Shown in pieces: positions 1-7,773 of a stretch of DNA of 57,433 bases (positions are counted from its first letter, which is position 1; every line of letters starts with the position of its first letter). This stretch comes from an uncultured bacterium (lineage in GTDB: Bacteria > Verrucomicrobiota > Verrucomicrobiia > Limisphaerales > JACDHS01): the NCBI GenBank assembly GCA_966095605.1, contig CBHTTJ010000003.1, positions 1-57,433 of the forward strand, in the 5' to 3' direction. Below the pieces are notes generated by a model that was not told where the DNA came from, ran no database searches, and was given only the letters and a program-made list of their open reading frames with translations. Made by a program: the position numbers and the translations under genes.

Positions 1-126
1 CAGGTCAGTCAGGATAAAAAGCCGCTGTTCGATACAGAAGCAGCTCTTCCCCAGAATATCATCCGCGGATTTGTGAATGTGGGTGGAACGAACGAATTTA
101 AGATCGAAGCGCTGGAATCTCGGTAG
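1..126 (+). CDS. 3' end of a CDS entering from the left edge (unknown product)
   Basis: Frame 1 is open from base 1 (QVSQDKKPLFDTEAALPQNIIRGFVNVGGTNEFKIEALESR) to TAG at 124-126; composition is protein-like. Confidence 0.6.
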   Translation, partial: QVSQDKKPLFDTEAALPQNIIRGFVNVGGTNEFKIEALESR

Positions 127-187
127 CCGAAGTTTCTTTTCCGACCACCCCCGCTAGATGCCATAAAAAGACGGAAATTTTTTCCTC

Positions 188-654
188 ACATCCTTGGAGA
201 TATCGGCAAAAACGCTCCCCAAATAAAAATATCTCTGGAAATATTTCTAAAAGAGGAAGGATTTTTCGGATATTTCCGTAAATATTCCCAAAAGGAGGGC
301 CCAAATAGAAATATTTCCGTAAATATCCTGAAAAAGGGCGTCCGAAAAAAAATATTTCTGTAAATCTGCTCAACGGACCAGGTCGGAAGCGGAGATTTAC
401 GGAAATATCGGCGATTGCGGAGCCAGAATTCCGGGAAATCTGGAAATATCGGAAAAAGAGGAAGGAAAAAGTGGTCCTTCTGGAAATATTTGGAAAAAGG
501 CTCCTCTTTTTGGACCATGTACCAGAAATATCGGAAAAAAGGTTCCTCTTTTTGAGATATTTCCAGAAATCTCGGAGTTCGCGGAGGTAAAATTCCGGGA
601 AATACGTAAATATGGAAAAAAACGGAGCCAAAATAACAACATTTCTGTCTCAAC
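188..654. repeat. Degenerate tandem array, about 41-bp period, about 12 units; palindromic core consensus ATATTTCCGGAAATAT
   Basis: Core copies start at 188, 229, 270, 311, 352, 393, 434, ~474, ~516, 557, 598, ~639 (e.g. ATATTTCCGTAAATAT at 270 and 311). A second quasi-palindrome AAAAAG-N6-CTTTTT lies between cores at 494-511 and 536-553. Confidence 0.85.
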
Positions 655-817
655 CGCCCGATTTTCAACCACTTGGAACGAAATTCGGCTGCAAGCGGAT
701 TTGAGAAGAGCGCCAATCTCGCTAAATCGCGGAAAAGCATCCCAGCCCACATAGCCGGGACGCAGCTTCAGACCTCCAGAAACCTGTCATTTAAAATTTT
801 CACCGATTCGTGGACGC

Positions 818-3800
818 CTATTTTTTGGCCGCCGATTTCTGCCCCTTTGAAAGGAGAAATGCCGTCAGATTATTCAAATCGTCCGCCGAAATAACCTCAC
901 TGAAGTTATCAGGCATCAACGAACTTTCGGATTGGCGACGTTCCTGAATTTCTTTCTTTGGAATCGAGATTTCCTTGCCGCTCGATTGCGCGAGCACGAC
1001 GACTTCGCCTTCTTCGCGACGGAACAAGCCGCTTTCGACATCGCCGTCTTTTTTGATGATCAAAGTGGACTTGAATGCGCCGTCGACGTTGCGGCTTGGG
1101 TCCAAAATATCTTCGAGAATACGATCCGCGCCGCGATTGCCGACGCCATCGAGTTGCGGACCGATCAAACCGCCCTGACCATCGATCGAATGGCAGATGG
1201 CGCAATTATTTTTGAAAATTGTTTCGCCCGCCAATGCCGAAGCTTCGCTATTTGCAAAGCCGGCGCGACGTTCGTCGATCACTTTCTGGCGTTGCTCATC
1301 CGCGGCCGTGAGATTCTTCGTGAGCTTCTCGATGCGGCTGTTGATGTCTGGAACTTTGGCTGCGGACAACCGGTCTTTCACCGTGCGTTCCTGGAGCAGG
1401 CGAGGGGAGCATTTTCCATCTTCAATACTCTTGAGAAGAGATTCAACGCCCTCGGGTTTGCTCGACAGCGCGAGCGCGATTTGCGTTTGCAACGATTTCG
1501 GTGCGAAGCGCAAAGTTTCGACGAGCGAAGCATTGCTTTCAGCGGAATTGGCGTCGGCAAGAGTTTGCGCCACCTTTTCGCGGAGCTTCATCGGCTGCTC
1601 CGAGTCGGCAAGGATTTTACCGAGCTCCGCCGTGTGAGCTTTCGCATCGAAAGACATGACGGCCTTCGCAGCGGCGGCCCGGGTGTCAGCGTTGGCATCT
1701 TCACTCAGCATTAAGCCCGTGAGATCCTTTTCCAGCTTCGTCAGGTGCAATGTGTCAGCTAATTCCGCGGCGGATTGCTGGCGTCGATCGACCTGGTTGG
1801 GAATGACCTTGGGCAAGGAGACTACTTCCGGTTCAAAGCGACCTACCGCGAGCCACGCATAGGAATGACCCGTATTGCCGTCGACAATTTCCAGGAAACC
1901 TTTTTTGCCAGCATGCGATTTCAAGTCCCACGTCACAAGTTGCGCGGTATCGTTGCGCGGCGGTGCGACTTCCTTGATGACCTTGTTGGATTCAGCATCG
2001 CGGAGGCGCGCAAAATTTTTCTTCCGCATTGGCTTCTCCGGCGAACCATCGTGGCCGGCCAAATAAAAACTGAACTTCTGCGGAATGGTAAATGTTTTGG
2101 AACGAAGAATTCCCGTCAACGTTTCGCCGCCGGGCGCGAGACTGGAAATGACTTTGGCTTGTTTGCCGTCGGCGCACGGACGCGTCTCCCACGACCATGG
2201 ATTCGCCGTATCGTTTCCTTTGATGGATGAATTACGCCACTCCAAAGACTCCACGTCGATCGACTGCAACATTTGTTCGGCGATCTGGGTGCCCCATTTG
2301 CGAATGCTCGCGGGAAGTTCCATGCCGCGTTGTTTCAACCCTTCCTGCACGGACTTGAAAAGCGCGAGTTGGAAGTCGATATCGTCGGCGAACTTTTTCA
2401 AGGTGAAATCGGCGAGTGTGTCCATTTCATCGCCGGCAGCGTAGCGCGCGGCGTGACGCAAATAAGCGCTGAGTTTTTCACGGCTCTCTTCCACCCGTTG
2501 AATGTGCTTGAGAAGAAAAACTCCGGCTTCACGATTTGTAACGCCAAGGGCCACGTCGGCGAGGACCCGAGAATCCGCGTCGGAAATGCCGGCCTTTTGC
2601 AAACGCGTCAAAGTCCCTTCGGCCAGTAATTGGTTACGCAGCGCAATGCGATTTACATGCACTAACTGAACATCCTCCGTTGAGGTGCTGTTGCGCAGGC
2701 GCATCAACGGACGTGTATTCTGAAAATCGGGATGACGGCCCAGGGCTTCCGCCGCAGAGCGACGAACATAAGGATCGGCATCGTCCAGGCCTGCGAGGGC
2801 CGCGTGTTGCAACTTCTCCGTCCACTTGCGCATTTCACCGAGCACGCGCATCGCATGGACACGGACGAGGGCATCTTTATGTTCGGCAGCTTTTCGCAAC
2901 GGTTTCTCTTCGAGACCGCCGAGACGTTGCAGCAGCCACAAGGCGTTGGCCACCTGGTAGGCATTGGGTTTTTTCGAGCTGACGAGCTTCCGTAGTGAAG
3001 GAATGGCCGAGTCGCCGAAGCTATCGGCGACAGCATTCATCGCGAGCATGCGACGACTGATATTTGGGTCGCCCATTTCGTTGAGGAGCGGTTTTAACTC
3101 GCGCGGAAGAGCGAGCGACTTCGAGACGTCCTCTGCAGGGGCGGAAGTCCCTTTTCCGGTGTAGACCACGCGCCAGATACGACCGCGTTCCCGATCGCGC
3201 CCCGGATGATCCAGCGGAACTTCATAGTGCCCGATGATGCGATTGTAAAAGTCCGCGATGTAAAGCGCACCGTCCGCTCCCAATTGGACGTCCACCGGAC
3301 GGAACCACGGATCATCGCAGCTCAGGAAATCCGGCTGTTCCTTCGCGATCCGCGTGGAACCTTTGACCGCGTAAGCATCGCGGTTGATACGGCACGTCAT
3401 CACGTTCCCAACAAATGTGTTTTCGCGATATTCAGCCGGGAAATTCGTCGCATCATAATGAACCATTCCTGCAATCGCGGTGGAGCCGTGACTGTGTTCG
3501 CAAACTCCGGGGGCAAAACCCAAACCATCATGCGGACGGCCAAAACTCGGGTAGTACGCGCCGCGCAACAACATATACACCGGTGAACTGTGACAATCTG
3601 CGGACCACAAATCGCCGAGCGAATCGAACATGAGGCCGAAGGGATTCACCTGACCCCACGAATACTGTTCGACGTGGGAACCGTCGGGTTTAAAGCGGTA
3701 ACAGTTGCCGGAGGTCATGCTGATCGAACTGCCATCGAGCGCGACGACCGTGGAGTCGTTGTGAAAACCGTGATCAGCATAAATCCATCCATCGTATCCG

Positions 3801-4357
3801 CGGCGAAAGGCGCTGGTTAATCCATGCGTGTCTTTGTCGTAACCGAAACCCGTGAGCAGCACTTCATCCTTGTCCGCCTTGCCGTTGCCGTCGATGTCTT
3901 CGAAGTAGTGAACTTTTGGAATGGTAAAAGCGATGACGCCGTTTTTGTACGGATATAAACCGATCGGAATGTTTAGCCCTTCGGCAAACGTGCTGACCTT
4001 TCGCGCGTGTCCCTGGGCGTCGAAATCCTCCAGCACCATGACTTTGTCGCGGCCTTTTTTCTCCACGGGCAACACTGGAAAAGGATATTCACGGGATTGC
4101 GTCAGCCAGAGGCGGCCCCTGGCGTCGAACGCCAGATTCATCGGCTTGCATATTTGTGGTTCGCTCGCGACCAATTGAATTTCGAAACCGGGCGGCAGAT
4201 GAAATGCTTTGCGTTCTTCTTCAGGCGTGCGCGGTTCGGTTTTGCGCACGATATCCGCAAAATCATCGGCTCGAGCCGACAGGGAAGCCAGCATCGCGCT
4301 GAGCAAAATAAGTTTTCCCGTTAACAAAATGCGTCCGTAACTCTGTGCTGGTTTCAT
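818..4357 (-). CDS. PVC-type membrane-bound dehydrogenase-domain / HEAT-repeat / heme-binding CxxCH protein
   Basis: Signal peptide, then beta-propeller dehydrogenase-like motifs (LPPGFEIQLVASEP, FDARGRLW, WFRPVDVQLGADGALYIADFYN), HEAT-like repeats and a C-terminal cytochrome c (CAICH, IGPQL, SLMP). Start set at ATG 4357; the track ORF extends to 4396. Confidence 0.88.
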   Translation of the reverse strand: MKPAQSYGRILLTGKLILLSAMLASLSARADDFADIVRKTEPRTPEEERKAFHLPPGFEIQLVASEPQICKPMNLAFDARGRLWLTQSREYPFPVLPVEKKGRDKVMVLEDFDAQGHARKVSTFAEGLNIPIGLYPYKNGVIAFTIPKVHYFEDIDGNGKADKDEVLLTGFGYDKDTHGLTSAFRRGYDGWIYADHGFHNDSTVVALDGSSISMTSGNCYRFKPDGSHVEQYSWGQVNPFGLMFDSLGDLWSADCHSSPVYMLLRGAYYPSFGRPHDGLGFAPGVCEHSHGSTAIAGMVHYDATNFPAEYRENTFVGNVMTCRINRDAYAVKGSTRIAKEQPDFLSCDDPWFRPVDVQLGADGALYIADFYNRIIGHYEVPLDHPGRDRERGRIWRVVYTGKGTSAPAEDVSKSLALPRELKPLLNEMGDPNISRRMLAMNAVADSFGDSAIPSLRKLVSSKKPNAYQVANALWLLQRLGGLEEKPLRKAAEHKDALVRVHAMRVLGEMRKWTEKLQHAALAGLDDADPYVRRSAAEALGRHPDFQNTRPLMRLRNSTSTEDVQLVHVNRIALRNQLLAEGTLTRLQKAGISDADSRVLADVALGVTNREAGVFLLKHIQRVEESREKLSAYLRHAARYAAGDEMDTLADFTLKKFADDIDFQLALFKSVQEGLKQRGMELPASIRKWGTQIAEQMLQSIDVESLEWRNSSIKGNDTANPWSWETRPCADGKQAKVISSLAPGGETLTGILRSKTFTIPQKFSFYLAGHDGSPEKPMRKKNFARLRDAESNKVIKEVAPPRNDTAQLVTWDLKSHAGKKGFLEIVDGNTGHSYAWLAVGRFEPEVVSLPKVIPNQVDRRQQSAAELADTLHLTKLEKDLTGLMLSEDANADTRAAAAKAVMSFDAKAHTAELGKILADSEQPMKLREKVAQTLADANSAESNASLVETLRFAPKSLQTQIALALSSKPEGVESLLKSIEDGKCSPRLLQERTVKDRLSAAKVPDINSRIEKLTKNLTAADEQRQKVIDERRAGFANSEASALAGETIFKNNCAICHSIDGQGGLIGPQLDGVGNRGADRILEDILDPSRNVDGAFKSTLIIKKDGDVESGLFRREEGEVVVLAQSSGKEISIPKKEIQERRQSESSLMPDNFSEVISADDLNNLTAFLLSKGQKSAAKK

Positions 4358-4414
4358 GGTGAAAAGTTGGACTATGGTTTCAGAAATCGGATTCATCTCA
4401 ACTGAAATTTCACC

Positions 4415-5416
4415 ATGTCAGCCCAGCCTCCCATTTTGAAACCGGTGGATGCGCATGTGCATATCGTTGGCACCGGATCGAGCGGCACCGGTTGCTGGAT
4501 GAAAGTGACGGGGTGGCACAAACCACTCGCCGCTTTCATGCTGAATCACATCGGACTCTCGTGGGGCGCTTTGAAAGAGGATTTCGATACCCTTTACATC
4601 AATAACCTCGTGCGCCAAATGCGCGAGTCGTCGCTGGGCGCAGCCGTGATCCTTGCGCATGATCGGGTCTACGATGAAAACGGCAGCGAGATAGAGAACT
4701 TCAGTTCTTTCTACGTGCCGAATGAATACGTGCTGAAACTGGCGCGGCAACATTCGCAATTTCTTCCCGCGGTTTCCATTCATCCCGGACGTCCTGATGC
4801 CTTTGAGGAATTGGAACGATGCCTGGTTGGCGGTGCCGTGATGATGAAATGCCTGCCGAATTGCCACAACATCGACTGCAGCAATCCGCGTTACAAAAAA
4901 TTCTGGGAACGCATGGCCGAAGCGAAGTTGCCGTTGCTCGCTCACACCGGTGGCGAACATACGGTGCCGGTGTTTGACAAAAAACTATCGGATCCACGAA
5001 TCCTCGAGCTGCCGCTGGAATGTGGAGTGACTGTGATCGCAGCGCATTGCGCGACGAAAAGTGGATTGTTTGATCCGCAGTACTTTCATGTATTCGCGGA
5101 GATGACGAAGAAATATTCCAATCTCTACGGCGACATCAGCGCCTTCAACGTGCCGATTCGCGGAGGGCACATTCGAGAATGTCTCCAGGAACCGCTCGCT
5201 TCGCGGATGATTCACGGGAGCGACTTTCCGGTCCCGGTTTCTGGATTCTACGGTTGGACGCAAGGCCTGATCAGTTTGAAAACCTGTCGGGAATGCAACG
5301 CGAACCCGAACGTCATCGAGCGTGATTATCAAATCAAGAAAGCCATGGGGTTTTCAGATGAAACGTTTACGCGCATCTGGAAATTGCTGCGGCCAGCCGG
5401 GGCAATTCTTTCTTAA
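4415..5416 (+). CDS. Amidohydrolase family protein (amidohydrolase_2-like)
   Basis: Metal-ligand motifs DAHVH, HTG, AHC and GSDFP. Confidence 0.88.
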   Translation: MSAQPPILKPVDAHVHIVGTGSSGTGCWMKVTGWHKPLAAFMLNHIGLSWGALKEDFDTLYINNLVRQMRESSLGAAVILAHDRVYDENGSEIENFSSFYVPNEYVLKLARQHSQFLPAVSIHPGRPDAFEELERCLVGGAVMMKCLPNCHNIDCSNPRYKKFWERMAEAKLPLLAHTGGEHTVPVFDKKLSDPRILELPLECGVTVIAAHCATKSGLFDPQYFHVFAEMTKKYSNLYGDISAFNVPIRGGHIRECLQEPLASRMIHGSDFPVPVSGFYGWTQGLISLKTCRECNANPNVIERDYQIKKAMGFSDETFTRIWKLLRPAGAILS

Positions 5417-5630
5417 GGCCATTTTCCGTTCTTGACGAGCCCTACAAATACCGGACTCACGTCCAAGACGCCCGCCGCTGTCGGCGAGCGACTCGCTCTT
5501 AACCTGCTCAACGTCAGGTCTTGAACATCTTCCACCGAAAACAAAGAGGAACCGACTCATCTCATTTCATCCATTTTGTTGAACAAAAATTTGACTTTTG
5601 CGTCCAATTAGTGTCTGAATTAACACGCAA

Positions 5631-5806
5631 GTGAAGAACACGTTGACAGTCAAGACAAGCCTGAGCACCCATCGCCCATTTATGGCGATGTCTATTTGGT
5701 GCTCACAGCACGTCTGTGCTGGCAACGTGGAGGACGTTTTCTAAAATAACTTAAAATAAATTTTCGAAAACCCACCGTTGCCAAAGCGACGGTGGGTTTT
5801 TCGTTT
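5631..5806 (+). promoter_or_regulatory. Putative transcription attenuator leader (uORF, antiterminator, intrinsic terminator)
   Basis: uORF GTG5631-TAA5744. Terminator stem 5767-5781/5786-5800 followed by a U-rich tail. Segment 5720-5730 can alternatively pair with 5772-5783. Confidence 0.6.
5766..5806 (+). terminator. Intrinsic terminator within a leader region
   Basis: AAAACCCACCGTTGC-CAAA-GCGACGGTGGGTTTTTCGTTT. Confidence 0.8.
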
Positions 5807-5862
5807 AAATCGGGTCGCTGCGCAAGGTGCGCGGCAAACAGAAAAGAAAAAACAAAACAGAT

Positions 5863-6213
5863 ATGAAACCAAGACAAAAACAAACCCTGGAAACCAGGTT
5901 CGCGCAAGAAACGCGATTTGAAGTGCGACCGCTGACGGCAGCAGTGCCATTTCGTGCGGCGCAGGAAACCCAGTTCGAACGATTGAAAGGCCGTTTGCTC
6001 CGGAAACAACTCGACAATGCGCCTCTGGCGGACCTCAACACGCCCATTCGCCAGGCGGCCAACGAAGCAGCGGCACTCGCGTGGACCACGCAATTCCCGC
6101 TGTTGGTCTTGCCTGAGTTGTTCGAGGAAAAGGCCCGGGTGGCGCAACGGCAATTTGAGAAACAAGCTCAAATCCGTTTGCGCACCCAAAACCTCTTCGC
6201 GGAGGCCGCGTGA
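5863..6213 (+). CDS. Small hypothetical protein (116 aa, predicted helical)
   Basis: ATG after an A-rich leader; protein-like composition; segment ANEAAALAWTTQFPLLVLPELFEEK resembles small hypothetical proteins recalled from verrucomicrobial genomes (unverified). Confidence 0.75.
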   Translation: MKPRQKQTLETRFAQETRFEVRPLTAAVPFRAAQETQFERLKGRLLRKQLDNAPLADLNTPIRQAANEAAALAWTTQFPLLVLPELFEEKARVAQRQFEKQAQIRLRTQNLFAEAA

Positions 6214-6522
6214 ATCCCTTTGCTGGCATGACAGCTTGCGGGATTCATCGCGCCGCCGCGCTGATGGTCGGAGGAGTGGTGCAATCGTGCCGTGTCGTAA
6301 TACGCCACGATTCCGCCACTTCATCCGTCCTGATGTAAGATCGTGGCTGGAAATTTAGGGGCGCGACTGTATCGCAAACCAGTCTCAGCAAGCTGACAAA
6401 GGAGAATGCTGCGACTGGCTCGACAATGCGGCCGCGCCCCGACGCGTTTTCCGGGGAGATGTGCCCCAGAAAGTCCGTCGATTGCCGTTGACCGATTATT
6501 TTCGTTACGTAGCGTAACCGGA

Positions 6523-7773
6523 ATGGCTGTTGTCGCCCCAAATCCATGGATGGTTCTGCCCTTCGGCGTCCTGCTGGCGTTGATTGCCGCAGGGCCAGTT
6601 ATTTTTCCCACCCTCTGGGGAAAACATTATCCGAAAGCCGCGCTGAGCCTCGCGGCCATCGTGGTTGCCTATTACCTGTTCGGACTCAACGCCACGCATC
6701 ATGTTTGGGAGACAACCCATGAATACATCAGCTTCATCGCACTGATTGGTTCCTTATTTGTGGTTTCGGGTGGAATTCATATCTCCGTCAAGGGCGAGGC
6801 AACGCCGCTGGTGAACGTTCTCTTTTTGTTTATTGGCGCGGTGCTTGCGAATGTCCTTGGGACGACCGGTGCTTCCATGCTGCTGATTCGGCCGTGGCTG
6901 CGCATGAACAAATACCGCGTCACGGCGCATCACGTGGTGTTCTTTATTTTTATCGTTTCCAATGTGGGTGGCTGTTTGACGCCGATCGGCGATCCCCCAC
7001 TGTTTCTGGGTTATCTCCAGGGCGTGCCGTTTTTCTGGGTCCTGCAACATTGCTGGCCAATGTGGCTCGTGGGCGTGGGCATTCTCCTGCTGATGTTTTA
7101 TCTTGTGGACGCAGCGAATTATCGACGCGCGCCCCGGGAAATTCGAGAAACCCAAACCCAACATGAAGAGTGGCGGTTTGATGGGATGATCAATGTGCTC
7201 TTCCTGGCGATTATCCTGGCATCGGTCTTTATCAAGGAGCCGGTTTTCCTACGGGAAGCAGTAATGATTGGCGCTGCCGTGGCTTCTTATTTCGCCACTA
7301 AAAAATCCGTTCACGAGGCAAACAACTTTAACTTTCACCCGATCATCGAAGTGGCGGTGTTATTCGTTGGTATATTCGCGACCATGATGCCCGCCATGGA
7401 TTGGTTGAAATCACACGCGGGAAGTTTGGGGTCGATGCATCCGCAGATGGTTTATTGGTCGAGCGGAACGCTTTCGAGTGTGCTGGATAATGCGCCGACT
7501 TATTTCGTCTTCTTCGGAATTATGGATGCCAAGGCGAATGGCGTCGCCGGAATTTTGGATAAGCAAAGTCTTGAACTCGTTGCCCTAAGCGTCGCGGCCG
7601 TGTTTTTTGGAGCCAATACCTACATTGGAAACGGCCCTAATTTCATGGTGAAATCCATTGCGGAGCACCAGAAAATCCACGCGCCATCGTTCTTTGGTTA
7701 CATTGGCAAATTTACGATACCGTTCATGCTTCCCATGCTGGCGGTGCTCTGGTTGATTTTCTTCCGACGATAG
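6523..7773 (+). CDS. Ion-transporter-superfamily membrane protein (putative Na+/H+ antiporter, NhaD/CitMHS-like)
   Basis: Multiple TM segments; motifs GTTGASMLLIRP, SNVGGCLTPIGDPPLFLG, SSVLDNAPTY, TYIGNGPNFMVK. Start moved to ATG 6523. Confidence 0.85.
   Translation: MAVVAPNPWMVLPFGVLLALIAAGPVIFPTLWGKHYPKAALSLAAIVVAYYLFGLNATHHVWETTHEYISFIALIGSLFVVSGGIHISVKGEATPLVNVLFLFIGAVLANVLGTTGASMLLIRPWLRMNKYRVTAHHVVFFIFIVSNVGGCLTPIGDPPLFLGYLQGVPFFWVLQHCWPMWLVGVGILLLMFYLVDAANYRRAPREIRETQTQHEEWRFDGMINVLFLAIILASVFIKEPVFLREAVMIGAAVASYFATKKSVHEANNFNFHPIIEVAVLFVGIFATMMPAMDWLKSHAGSLGSMHPQMVYWSSGTLSSVLDNAPTYFVFFGIMDAKANGVAGILDKQSLELVALSVAAVFFGANTYIGNGPNFMVKSIAEHQKIHAPSFFGYIGKFTIPFMLPMLAVLWLIFFRR

Noticed and set aside
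98-752. Three overlapping minus-strand ORFs (177, 188, 117 aa)
   Set aside because: They lie across array 1, are F/R/I-rich and low-complexity, and are open in all three frames; a by-product of the repeat.
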